A stretch of 64,000 bases of DNA from Eledone cirrhosa (GCA_964016885.1 OZ024764.1:15562001-15626000), one strand, 5' to 3'. Shown: positions 13,102-26,839, numbered from the stretch's first letter. Made by a program: numbers and translations. The notes: generated by a model from the letters alone, not told the origin.

Positions 13102-13284
13102 TGGCGGAAGTGTGGTAAGGAACCAGATGGACCATAACGCACCAGAGTACTCAATACTTAGGGGAGTAGAGTGGGTAATAGGAGAGAGTATGACCCCGAC
13201 GGCAGAGCTCAAGCCGTTTCGACGGCTATTTCTGGACTAAATAGCCGTCGAAACGGCTTGAGCTCTGCCGTCGGGGTCATACTA

Positions 13285-13290
<6 letters not shown>
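13102..13290 (-). mobile_element. PLE-like terminal fragment ending in a 45-bp-arm perfect palindrome
   Basis: Arms 13187-13231 and 13239-13283; same family at 5560-5632, 8777-8908 and 32141-32336; sits in (TA)n. Confidence 0.6.
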
Positions 13291-13322
<32 letters not shown>

Positions 13323-13360
13323 CAAAATATTAATAAATGAAGACATTCACGTAATCAAAA

Positions 13361-13434
13361 TATATATTTTATTATATATATTTCGGAGGTACTGTGCTGT
13401 TTTTTCAGTACGTCCTCATCAGATAAAATATATA
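13361..13434 (-). ncRNA. minimal type I hammerhead ribozyme (PLE-type)
   Basis: 12-bp helix I; CUGAUGA; helix II GGA-C-GUACUG/CAGUAC-C-UCC; GAAA; UAUAUA palindrome; AUA triplet. Confidence 0.8.
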
Positions 13435-13491
13435 AATTGATGTACAACATACTTCAACTGTCTTAATGGTTTAATTTCAGTCTTGGAAGTG

Positions 13492-13535
<44 letters not shown>

Positions 13536-14319
13536 TGATGTATTAAAAATATGTAATGTGTGTGTATAAATATATGTACTGATGTATAAATATATGCAAC
13601 TATAGTCAAATGTGTGTGTGTGTGTGAAAATGTATGTATGAATGCGTGTGTGTATATAAATGTGTATATAAATGTGTGTGTGTATATAAATATATGTATG
13701 TGTATATATATATGTATGTGTATATAAATATAAATGTGTATGAATGCGTGTGTGTATAAATGTATGTGTATGAATGTGTGTGTATGTGTGTATATAAATA
13801 TATGTATGCGTGTGTATATGTGTGTATAAAAATATATGTATGAAAATGTTTGTATATATGTGTCTGCAAATGTGTGTTTATGTAAAAATATGTGTATGGG
13901 TGTATATAAATGTATGTGTGTATAAATGTATTTATAAATGTGTGTGTGTATATTGTTTGTATGTATGAATGGGTGTGTGGGTGTGTGTATATGTCTAGGT
14001 GTTTATGTATGGGTGTGTATATGTCTAGGTGTTTATGTATGGGTGTGTATATGTCTGAGTCAGACTGGGAAACGATGGGATGGTCCAGGTTGGAGTGCCT
14101 TACGTCATACCAATGGTGGTGTGAGGTTTATTACCTTGACCTGCTAGCATGGAACACTTGATGGTAAAATGATGATTTAAATCAAAATTGGCTGCTATTT
14201 CTAGCATGACATTTCTACTGTTGTTATTGTTAAACTCTTGGTGATTTAACAAACCAACCCACTTCCAATGACAAAAACTGTCTTTGTTGGTCAGTCACAC
14301 TGGACCTTGTGTTAAATAG

Positions 14320-15872
14320 TAAAGTCTTTACTGTAAAACAACCTGTCCACCAGTAAAGATACTATAAACATTTAGTACAAAACACTGACTACATCACATT
14401 AAATATTAAAGTCTTTACTGTAATACTGTAAATTTTCACAACAATCTGTCCACCAGTAAAGATACTATAAACATTTAGTACAAAACACTATGACTACATC
14501 ACATTAAATATTAAAATCTTTACTGTAATACTGTAAATTTTCACAACAATCTGTCCACCAGTAAAGATACTATAAACATTTAGTACAAAACAACACTATG
14601 ACTACATCGCATTAAATATTAAAGTCTTTACTGTAATACTGTAAATTTTCACAACAATCTGTCCACCAGTAAAGATACTATAAAGATTTAGTACAAAACA
14701 ACACTATGACTACATCACATTAAATATTAAAGTCTTTACTGTAATACTGTAAATTTTCACAACAATCTGTCCACCAGTAAAGATACTATAAAGATTTAGT
14801 ACAAAACAACACTATGACTACATCGCATTAAATATTAAAGTCTTTACTGTAATACTGTAAATATTCACAACAATCTGTCCACCAGTAAAGATACTATAAA
14901 GATTTAGTACAAAACAACACTATGACTACATCACATTAAATATTAAAGTCTTTACTGTAATACTGTAAATTTTCACAACAATCTGTCCACCAGTAAAGAT
15001 ACTATAAACATTTAGTACAAAACAACACTATGACTACATCACATTAAATATTAAAGTCTTTACTGTAATACTGTAAATTTTCACAACAATCTGTCCACCA
15101 GTAAAGATTCTATAAACATTTAGTATAAAACAACACTGACTACATCACATTAAATATTAAAGTCTTTACTGTAATACTGTAAATTTTCACAACAATCTGT
15201 CCACCAGTAAAGATACTATAAACATTTAGTACAAAACAACACTATGACTACATCACATTAAATATTAAAGTCTTTACTGTAATACTGTAAATTTTCACAA
15301 CAATCTGTCCACTAGTAAAGATACTATAAACATTTAGTACAAAACAACACTATGACTACATCACATTAAATATTAAAGTCTTTACTGTAATACTGTAAAT
15401 TTTCACAACAATCTGTCCACCAGTAAAGATACTATAAACATTTAGTACAAAACAACACTATGACTACATCACATTAAATATTAAAGTCTTTACTGTAGTA
15501 CTGTAAATTTTCACAACAATCTGTCCACCAGTAAAGATACTATAAACATTTAGTACAAAACAACACTATGACTACATCACATTAAATATTAAAGTCTTTA
15601 CTGTAATACTGTAAATTTTCACAACAATCTGTCCACCAGTAAAGATACTATAAACATTTAGTACAAAACAACACTATGACTACATCACATTACATATTAA
15701 AGTCTTTACTGTAGTACTGTAAATTTTCACAACAATCTGTCCACCAGTAAAGATACTATAAACATTTAGTACAAAACACTATGACTACATCACATTAAAT
15801 ATTAAAGTCTTTACTGTAATACTGTAAATATTCACAACAATCTGTCCACCAGTAAAGATACTATAAACATTT
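14320..15872. repeat. AT-rich satellite, ~108-bp unit, ~14 copies
   Basis: Period 108 (15181 to 15289). Confidence 0.95.
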
Positions 15873-17307
15873 GAATTAAGAAACTCTTGTATTTATAAAA
15901 ACATTTCCTGTTAAATCTTTGCAGGCCAGTAAGAGCTACCTGACTTTCTATGATTTTTTCATAAGAGGTTTCTTGGGTATTTTAACTGATAAGGAAAAGC
16001 AATATGGTGTGTTTTTCTCAAACAATATACCTCCTTATCTAGGAAATGAGCTTATGATTCATATAATATAGTTTATAGAAGTGGCAGTGGTGGCAGTAAT
16101 AAATTAGTGTGTATCCGTGAAATATATACATATACACCCGGTCTGAACACAAAGGAACCAAACTCCCACACTCACTGGCTCTCTCCCCCACTCTCCCCAT
16201 CTTTCACGATCATGAGCAAATGGGGGCCCAGCCCCAGCGGACAGAATAGAGGGGGTGTTTCACCAGAGGATACTGAGGAAGAAGTGTTGGAAGAGCCAAT
16301 TCTGTGCTGATGGTGGTGAGTAGGGAGGTGACCCCTAGGGCCAAGGACACCAGAAGTCTTGGTGAAAGATATATTAGGCAACAAACATTTTTTGACATTC
16401 TGACAGACTGACGGACAACGCTGTCTTGTTTGTATAATCATCACCATTTTAGGTCCGTTCTTCCATGCTAGCATGGGTTAGACGGGTTGTCCTGTTGTAG
16501 GCAGTGTCTGGTCGGCTGACCTTGTCTTGCTCATACAGGAACTGATTCTGGCTTGATTTCTACAGCTGGATGCCCTTCCTAACACCAATCTCATTTTCAG
16601 CGAGTGCTGGGTGCTTTTTTGCCGTGGCACCTCCACGTCCACTTTACAGCGAGTGCTGGGTGCTTTTTTTGCCGTGGCACCTCCACGTCCACTTAACAGC
16701 GAGTGCTGGGTGCTTATTTTTGCCGTGGCACCTCCACGACCACTTTACAGTGAGTGCTGGGTGCTTATTTTTGCCGTGGCACCTCCACGACCACTTTACA
16801 GTGAGTGCTGGGTGCTTTTTTTTGCCGTGGCACCTCCACGACCACTTTACAGTGAGTGCTGGGTTGCTTTTTTTGCCGTGGCACCTCCACGACCACTTTA
16901 CAGTGAGTGCTGGGTGCTTTTTTTTGCCGTGGCACCTCCACGACCACTTTACAGTGGTCTGTAACTAATCAATCAAGTTCCTGTCACAGGTGGAGCCTGT
17001 CATTGGGGTGGCACTGACGGAGCCAGTCAAACCTGACCATAGAGATGTGACTGCTCTGTGCATGTGAAAATTTCTGCATTTGTTATGCGATCTTGGTATG
17101 TTACGCTGCAGATGATGCACAGACAATTTTGTGTGAAATGTTTTTGTTTTTGCGTATGCATGGGCTCAAAACAAACCTTGCCCAGGCTTGAGCCTCGGAG
17201 GGAAACTTTCTAGGTGCCAAACCATGGTCATTCATGACTAGGTGGGGCCATTGATGCATGATCCATGTCTCGGAGCCATAAAGAAACATTGGCAGACATA
17301 ATGTATT

Positions 17308-18289
17308 TGTATATTTCTTTCAATGTCAGATGTCGCCAGCTGATGTTCGTCGAAGCAGGCAAGTGTAGGTGCCATCAAGGTAGTAGTAGTGTAGGTGCCA
17401 TCAAGGTAGTAGTAGTGTAGGTGCCATCAAGGTAGTAGTAGTGTAGGTGCCATCAAGGTAGTAGTAGTGTAGGTGCCATCAAGGTAGTAGTAGTGTAGGT
17501 GCCATCAAGGTAGTAGTAGTGTAGGTGCCATCAAGGTAGTAGTAGTGTAGGTGCCATCAAGGTAGTAGTAGTGTAGGTGCCATCAAGGTAGTAGTAGTGT
17601 AGGTGCCATCAAGGTAGTAGTAGTGTAGGTGCCATCAAGGTAGTAGTAGTGTAGGTGCCATCAAGGTAGTAGTAGTGTAGGTGCCATCAAGGTAGTAGTA
17701 GTGTAGGTGCCATCAAGGTAGTAGTAGTGTAGGTGCCATCAAGGTAGTAGTAGTGTAGGTGCCATCAAGGTAGTAGTAGTGTAGGTGCCATCAAGGTAGT
17801 AGTAGTGTAGGTGCCATCAAGGTAGTAGTAGTGTAGGTGCCATCAAGGTAGTAGTAGTGTAGGTGCCATCAAGGTAGTAGTAGTGTAGGTGCCATCAAGG
17901 TAGTAGTGTAGGTGCCATCAAGGTAGTAGTAGTGTAGGTGCCATCAAGGTAGTAGTAGTGTAGGTGCCATCAAGGCGCTTTTGTTGTTTGGATGAAAGCT
18001 TCCATGTTTCACATCCATTTAGCAAGACTGGTTGAATTGTAACTTATGTCGTTGTATGTAAAAGGAGAATACGATTTGCTGGCCACTGTCATCGTGCCAC
18101 CTCTGAGGCTGTGCCTCCATTACTGCTTTGGAAACCAGTCACTAATAACAGGGGACATAAGCTCTCCTACCCTGATGTCATCTCCAGAGATTCTGATATT
18201 GAAATCCAGGACTTTGCAACGACAATGAACGACAGACCCACGTGGAGGTCAATTGTTGAGTCGATTTTGGTTAAGGCCACAGGATGATG
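17308..18289 (+). mobile_element. 5'-inverted RTE insertion, TSD ATGTATT
   Basis: Sense 3' part 18046-18289 (KRRIRFAGHCHR...DRPTWR, GAT tail); inverted part 17308-18042 (PVLLNGCETW...RLDGTYT...KEIY); TSD at 17301-17307 and 18290-18296. Confidence 0.8.
17376..17975. repeat. 26-bp minisatellite, ~23 copies
   Basis: gtgtaggtgccatcaaggtagtagta. Confidence 0.97.
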
Positions 18290-18419
18290 ATGTATTATAC
18301 TTCCATAAACTTCAGATGAATACTGATGCTCACTTTCCAAATCTGTCGAAGGTCATTCATTGCCTTAGATTCATCTGAAGTTACCGATGTATAATACAAT
18401 ACTGAAATACTTAGCGGTG

Positions 18420-19654
18420 TTTACCCTAGTTTCTGTGGCGTGAAACGACTGAGAGTACAAGACCTCCTTCCTGGACAGGACACCAGTCCATCACAGATTA
18501 AAGTCTGACCCAAGATTGGTGCTTACCTTGATTTCTGTGGCGTGAAACGACTGAGTACAAGACCCTTCCTGGACAGGACACCAGTCCATCACAGGTTAAA
18601 GTCTGACCCAAGATTGGTGCTTACCTTGATTTCTGTGGCGGGAAACGACTGAGAGTACAAGACCCTTCCTGGACAGGACACCAGTTCATCACAGGTTAAA
18701 GTCTGACCCAAGGTTGGTGCTTAACTTGATTTCTGTGGTGTGAAACGACTGAGTACAAGACCCTTCCTGGACAGGACACCAGTCCATCACAGGTTAAAGT
18801 CTGACCCAAGATTGGTGCTTACCTTGATTTCTGTGGCGTGAAACGACTGAGAGTACAAGACCCTTCCTGGACAGGACACCAGTCCATCACAGGTTAAAGT
18901 CTGACCCAAGATTGGTGCTTACCTTGATTTCTGTGGTGTGAAACGACTGAGAGTACAAGACCCTTCCTGGACAGGACACCAGTCCATCACAGGTTAAAGT
19001 CTGACCCAAGATTGGTGTTTACCTTGATTTCTGTGGCGTGAAACGACTGAGAGTACAAGACCCTTCCTGGACAGGACACCAGTCCATCACAGGTTAAAGT
19101 CTGACCCAAGATTGGTGCTTACCTTGATTTCTGTGGTGTGAAACGACTGAGAGTACAAGACCCTTCCTGGACAGGACACCAGTCCATCACAGGTTAAAGT
19201 CTGACCCAAGATTGGTGCTTACCTTGATTTCTGTGGCGGGAAACGACTGAGAGTACAAGACCTCCTTCCTGGACAGGACACCAGTTCATCACAGGTTAAA
19301 GTCTGACCCAAGGTTGGTGCTTAACTTGATTTCTGTGGTGTGAAACGACTGAGTACAAGACCTCCTTCCTGGACAGGACACCAGTCCATCACAGGTTAAA
19401 GTCTGACCCAAGATTGGTGCTTACCTTGATTTCTGTGGCGGGAAACGACTGAGAGTACAAGACCCTTCCTGGACAGGACACCAGTCCATTGTAGGTTTAA
19501 AACCCCAAGTATTACTGGTACTCATTCCCAGCTGAGTATACTGGAACAATGTGAAATGAAGTGTTTTCCTCAAGAACACAACCCAGTCTAGGAATTGAAC
19601 CGATGACAATATTGTCGTAAGTGCAACCCCTTATCACTAGGCCACACACCTCCA
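18420..19654 (-). mobile_element. tRNA-derived SINE with ~10 tandem 100-bp copies of its 3' half
   Basis: 19420-19654 is the reverse complement of the 47432-47708 family; array period is 100 bp (18781 to 18881). Confidence 0.82.
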
Positions 19655-19914
19655 AACATAGAACATATATAATAGATTGGTGGTCCTCAGTACACTCTCA
19701 GTGAATACTGTATATGACAACCCGTCAAACCCATGCCAACAGGAGAAAGTGGACATGAAATGATGTGTGTATGTTTGGTCTTACTGCCTAGCATGGAGGG
19801 CAGATTTCTTCTTAGTCTAACATCAGACTGAACTTATACCATGTGATTGGACATTGGTAGGCGGTATCTGTGTGGAAGCCCGTTGTGAATGCGTGTGTGG
19901 GTATGTGTTTATAA

Positions 19915-20009
<95 letters not shown>

Positions 20010-20032
20010 CTTTCTATTTCTCTCTCGCTCTC

Positions 20033-20064
<32 letters not shown>

Positions 20065-20109
20065 GCTCGCTCGCTCTCTCTCTCTCTCGCTCTCAAACTG
20101 TCCAACGTT

Positions 20110-20196
20110 TCAGAAATCCTCCATAGAGAGGTTGTAAAAGTCCCACCACACCGTCGCCGTCTGCTGTTCTGTGATGCCGTAAACCAGAGTGGGAGA
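20110..20196 (-). CDS. possible terminal exon, unidentified (SPTLVYGITEQQTATVWWDFYNLSMEDF*)
   Basis: gatttacgacag acceptor, 28 codons then TGA; CpG-containing unique island between microsatellites; protein-like composition. Confidence 0.35.
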   Translation of the reverse strand, partial: SPTLVYGITEQQTATVWWDFYNLSMEDF

Positions 20197-20519
20197 CTGT
20201 CGTAAATCAATCAGACATACACTGCATGCATATATATATATATGTATATATATATCTATGTATATATATATATATGTGTGTATGATTGTGTGCGTATATT
20301 TGTCTTGTGTGTGTGTGTGTGTGTGTGTGTGGTTACGGAACCTGATTTTAGCGAATCGGTTTCGTTTTCTTCATATTATCTGTTAAGTACCAGTAATAGA
20401 CTGGGTAATTTGCTGGCCTTGTGCCTAACGTAGAAACAATTATCCGTTAAGGCATGAACATCACACCTTCGCCATCATCAAGCTCTCAGCAGTATTACCA
20501 TCATAATGAGTGTTTGATG

Positions 20520-22178
20520 TGTATATGGACATGAACACCACACCGTTACATCGCCGCCACCATCACCATCATCACCCAATAATGTGTATCACGGCGTGAA
20601 CACCACACCGTTACATCGCCGCCATCATCACCATCATCACCCAATAATGTGTATCACGGCGTGAACACCACACCGTTACATCGCCGCCACCATCACCATC
20701 ATCACCCAATAATGTGTATCACGGCGTGAACACCACACCGTTACATCGCCGCCATCATCACCATCATCACCCAATAATGTGTATCACGGCGTGAACACCA
20801 CACCGTTACATCGCCGCCACCATCACCATCATCACCCAATAATGTGTATCACGGCGTGAACACCACACCGTTACATCGCCGCCACCATCACCATCATCAC
20901 CCAATAATGTGTATCACGGCGTGAACACCACACCGTTACATCGCCGCCACCATCACTATCATCACCCAATAATGTGTATCACGGCGTGAACACCACACCG
21001 TTACATCGCCGCCACCATCACCATCATCACCCAATAATGTGTATCACGGCGTGAACACCACACCGTTACATCGCCGCCACCATCACTATCATTACCCAAT
21101 AATGTGTATCACGGCGTGAACACCACACCGTTATATCGCCACCACCATCACTACCATCACTATCATCACCATCATCACCCAATAATGTGTATCACGGCGT
21201 GAACACCACACCGTTACATCGCCGCCACCATCACTATCATCACCCAATAATGTGTATCACGGCGTGAACACCACACCGTTACATCGCCACCACCATCACC
21301 ATCATCACCATCATCACCCAATAATGTGTATCACGGCGTGAACACCACACCGTTACATCGCCGCCACCATCACTATCATCACCCAATAATGTGTATCACG
21401 GCGTGAACACCACACCGTTACATCGCCGCCACCATCACTATCATCACCCAATAATGTGTATCACGGCGTGAACACCACACCGTTACATCACCATCGCCAC
21501 CGCCATCACCATCATCACCCAATAATGTGTATCACGGCGTGAACACCACACCGTTACATCGCCGCCACCATCACTATCATCACCATCATCACCCAATAAT
21601 GTGTATCACGGCGTGAACACCACACCGTTACATCGCCGCCACCATCACTATCATCACCCAATAATGTGTATCACGGCGTGAACACCACACCGTTACATCG
21701 CCGCCACCATCACTATCATCACCATCATCACCCAATAATGTGTATCACGGCGTGAACACCACACCGTTACATCGCCACCACCATCACCATCATCACCCAA
21801 TAATGTGTATCACGGCGTGAACACCACACCGTTACATCGCCATCGCCACCACCATCATCACCCAATAATGTGTATCACGGCGTGAACACCACACCATTAC
21901 ATCGCCACCACCATCACCATCATCACCCAATAATGTGTATCACGGCGTGAACACCACACCATTACATCGCCACCACCATCACCATCATCACCCAATAATG
22001 TGTATCACGGCGTGAACACCACACCGTTACATCGCCACCACCATCACCATCATCACCCAATAATGTGTATCACGGCGTGAACACCACACCGTTACATCTC
22101 CGCCACCATCATCACCACAATCATCATCATCATCATCACCATCCAATGTGTATAAAGACATGAACACCACACCGTCAT

Positions 22179-22210
<32 letters not shown>

Positions 22211-22299
22211 TCATCATCCATTAATGTGTATAAAGGCATGAATACCACTACCACACCACCACTATCTCCACCATCATCATCACCATCACCATTGCCACC

Positions 22300-22333
<34 letters not shown>

Positions 22334-23368
22334 TCATCCATCAATGTGTATAAAGGCATGAACACCACACCGTTACATCACCGCCACCATCACCATCATC
22401 ATCACCACCACCATCAATGTGTATAAAGGCATGAACACCACACCACCACCACCACCACCACCGCCATCACCACCACCATCAATGTGTATAAAGGCATGAA
22501 CACCACACCGCCACAACCACCACCACCACCATCATCATCATCACCACCATCATCATCCATCAATGTGTATAAAGGCATGAACACCACACCGTTACACCGC
22601 CGCCACCACCACCACCACCATCAATGTGTATAAAGGCATGAACACCACCACCGCCACACCACCACCGCCGCCACCACCACCACCACTACCACCGCCACCG
22701 CCACCACCACCACCATCATCATCATCCATCAATGTGTATAAAGGCATGAACACCACACCGCCACAACCACCACCACCACCACCACTACCATCACCACCGC
22801 CGCCACAACCACCACCGCCACAACCACCACCACCATCATCATCACCACCATCATCATCCATCAATGTGTATAAAGGCATGAACACCACACCGCCACAACC
22901 ACCACCACCACCATCACCACCACCGCCATCACCATCATCCATCAATGTGTATAAAGGCATGAACACCACACCGTTACACCGCCGCCACCACCACCACCAC
23001 CACCACCACCACCACCATCACCACCACCACCATCATCCATCAATGTGTATAAAGGCATGAACACCACACCGCCACAACCACCACCACCACCACCACCACC
23101 ACCACCGCCACAACCACCACCACCATCATCATCACCACCATCATCATCCATCAATGTGTATAAAGGCATGAACACCACACCGCCACAACCACCACCACCA
23201 TCACCACCACCGCCATCACCATCATCCATCAATGTGTATAAAGGCATGAACACCACACCGTTACGCCACCGCCACCATCATCATCATCCATCAATGTGTA
23301 TAAAGGCATGAACACCACACCACCACACCGCCACCACCACCACCACTACCACCGCCGCCACCACCACC
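20520..23368. repeat. composite minisatellite: 65-bp unit, then a constant anchor with variable triplet spacers
   Basis: aatgtgtatcacggcgtgaacaccacaccg to ~22140, then catcaatgtgtataaaggcatgaacaccac separated by (CCA/TCA/CCG)n. Confidence 0.95.
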
Positions 23369-23382
23369 CTCTGTCTTAACAG

Positions 23383-23427
23383 TTTAACTACTGCTACAGA
23401 CATGAAACAAGGTCGTCTTAGATATGT
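23383..23427 (+). CDS. candidate upstream ATXN2 exon, 45 nt, phase 2-2 (LTTATDMKQGRLRY)
   Basis: ctctgtcttaacag acceptor and GT|gtgagt donor; open in the frame that joins 31503 or 33135. No homology support. Confidence 0.3.
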
Positions 23428-23481
23428 GTGAGTATAGACTAGTGTATATATATAGAATATACGGAATATACATCATATATC

Positions 23482-23526
<45 letters not shown>

Positions 23527-23828
23527 ATAATATATATATCTATATGTATATAATATACATATAGATATGGTGGTTAACTTGCGTATATATATATATGTAT
23601 ATATGTATATATGTATATCTGAATGAATAGAATTGTGTATAGCATGTACATATATGTGATTAAATGTATGTATAATATATCGATAGATGTCTATAATTTG
23701 TATGTATATATATATGGACATATATGTGTGTGTGTATATATTATATACACATACGTATGTATATGTGGGTAAATTTTGCGTAGATAATTTGATGTGTTGA
23801 TTTGATATTAGCACTAATTTAACTATGT

Positions 23829-23876
<48 letters not shown>

Positions 23877-24042
23877 GTGTATATATATATATTATATGTG
23901 TGTATATATATATATTATATATATTATATGTGTATATATATATATTATATATATGATGATGATGATATATATGATGATGATGATGATATATATATATATA
24001 TAGGAATGTAGTACAAGTGTACCCACTTCCAGGGTGTATATA

Positions 24043-24093
<51 letters not shown>

Positions 24094-24227
24094 GAATATG
24101 TATCTATATATGTTGCCGTATTTGCGTGTTTTGTGTATATATGAATATACAACAGATTATGTATGTATATAAATGTATGTTTAATCGATAATCAAGTGAT
24201 GGCGATGTGTAGTTAATCGATACATAG

Positions 24228-24286
<59 letters not shown>

Positions 24287-24570
24287 ATATATAATGCTTA
24301 AGATGTATAGGAATGCGCGTGTAATGTATGTATATTACTTATGCATATATATATCTGTTAGGGCTTAATGTTTATATATATATATACACTATATATTTTT
24401 GTATGATGCGTATATTCTGTCTGGTGTGTATATATGTATGTGTATAGTATTGGGGGATATATATGTATGTATGTATTATACGTAACGTCTAGGAATGTTT
24501 ATATAATTTATGCACATATACATGTATGTGCGCGTGTAATGTATGTAAATGATATATATATACGTGTGTG

Positions 24571-24621
<51 letters not shown>

Positions 24622-25527
24622 TTTGTATGATGTGTATGGTATATATATATATTTTGTATGATGTGTATGTATATATATGTATATAAGTGTGTGTATATAT
24701 ATATATGTATATAAGTGTGTGTATATATATATGTATATAAGTGTGTGTGTATATATATGTATATAAGTGTGTGTGTGTGTGTATATATATATGTGTATAT
24801 AAGTGTGTGTATATATATATATATATGTGTGTGTTTGTGTAATGTGTTTCATATGTATACGTCCGCAGTATGGTTTCCATGTGTCTATATATATATATAT
24901 ATATATGTGTGTATATATATATATATATATGTGTGTGTATATATATATATATATATGTGTGTGTATATATATATATATAAATGTGTGTGTGTGTGTGTGT
25001 GTACTTTTATCAATGTAAAACCCCTCCCCTCCATACCCCACCCCTTCTCTTTTTTATTCTTACTCTCCCCCACTCTCTCTCTCTCTCTCTCCTTATATCA
25101 TCCTCACTACCGCCTGCCTTACATGCTGTACCCCTCCGCAATGCCAAAGTAGTGCAGTCATTAATTGGCGCACCAGGCGAGGAGGGATTGCAGCTAGCCT
25201 CAAAGTAGTCTGCTCGACATAGCAGCCAACTTTCCCCTCTCCATCGTATCACATGTTCTACCTGCTTAAATCTTTCCTTACATAAAATTGTTACTTTTCA
25301 AATATTGAGGAATATCGTGTGATTTTGTTGTAATATAACTAACTTTCTCATTATTAAGTTGGTATTTGGAACATAACTTAATAAAGGTTCTTATATTAAA
25401 TTATGAATGGATGGTATTTACAACCATTTCGTTACCATATTTCTAATGAAAGACACAGTGCTCTCTGATTTTCAAATATAAAAAAAATAATTTCACGCGA
25501 TTTATCAGCTCTGTGTGTGTGTGTGTG

Positions 25528-25580
<53 letters not shown>

Positions 25581-25752
25581 AACAAATTTAATATAGAAAT
25601 GGCTTCTACGGGACTAGAACTGTTTCATTCGAAGGAAAGCCTGTAGAAGCCATTTCTATATTAAATTTGTTGTATACACTCTACTAATGTATTGAGTACC
25701 TTACTGTGATTACCACCGATTGAACCGGGGACACGCATACACACACACATAG

Positions 25753-25807
<55 letters not shown>

Positions 25808-25834
25808 TATTTAATTATATACACTGCTGATTAT

Positions 25835-25930
25835 AATAGCGAAGACGGAAGTTGGGTGATTCACTGTGGAATGGTTAAGTCACGTTCGTTGAAGCACGTG
25901 ACAGGAAGTAGCGGCGGAGGTGTGGCAGTT
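25835..25930 (+). promoter_or_regulatory. possible promoter-like island
   Basis: CpG-containing unique patch with CGGAAGT and AGGAAGT (ETS-like) and CACGTG (E-box). Motif reading only. Confidence 0.2.
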
Positions 25931-26787
25931 TCACTATTAACTATTACCTCACTGCATCTACCGAACGTATCTCTTTTACTAGAGAGGTACCACTTGTTAA
26001 TTTGATTAATAATGCCTGATTGGTGATTGACGTGAAATCGATTCCCGGACCGAGGAGGAGTTCGTTGTGTCCTTGAGCAAGACACTTTACTTCACATTGC
26101 TACAGCCGGCTGAAACAAAAGGTTCTGCCTGTTATTTCAAACGGCCGCTGAATCTCCCTGAGAAGTACGTTATAGTTAAACGTGTGTGTGTGTGTGTGTG
26201 TGTGTGAAATACTCAGCCACATACACCAATAGAAGGTCTGTTATGGTGTGTATCTAATTCAAAGGGCCATTGTTATACACTAGCTTGCTGAATCTCCCTG
26301 AGAACTACTTATGGTTACACGTGTCTGGGAATGCTGAACTGCTTTCGCTATAGTTCAAGATGGATTGTATCTGTAATTCAAAGTGCCATCTTTGTCACAC
26401 TGGCTTGCTGAATCTCCCTGAGAACTACTTATGGTTACACGTGTCTGTGAAATGCTGAACTGCTTACACTATAGTACAAGATGGATTGTATCTGTAATTC
26501 AAAGTGCCATCTTTGACACACTGTGGCTTGCTGAATCTCCCTGAGTACTCAGCTACATAATGTTATTTTACATGCAGACTGCAGCACTCACTGTAGAAAC
26601 TGATGGAGGTTCAACCCAGTAGTGTTAAAGAGGCTACTATCGCATTAGTATAATTAATGATTTTTAGGCATAATTAGGTTAGTGTCTCCATCCCCCCAAT
26701 TAGCTTTATTAATAAAATGTATATTTTTTAACGGAGTTTTACACACACACACACATATATTTATACATAAACATTTTGTATATACAA

Positions 26788-26836
<49 letters not shown>

Positions 26837-26839
<3 letters not shown>

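Noticed and set aside
15925-16420. Unique stretch with splice-like sites on both strands (for example 16176-16357 minus; 15925-16071 plus)
   Set aside because: Several competing frames, no recognisable product and no phase-consistent partner exon; left unannotated.
20520-23368. CRISPR-like repeat-spacer appearance and extensin-like polyproline ORFs
   Set aside because: Spacers are low-complexity triplet runs, there are no cas genes, the context is eukaryotic, and frames break between units.
25010-25262. Minus-strand exon-like ORF (VEHVIRWRGESWLLCRADY...)
   Set aside because: Its core ttggctgctat...gtcgagc matches a short dispersed repeat also seen near 5505, 12806 and 14187; no recognisable protein.
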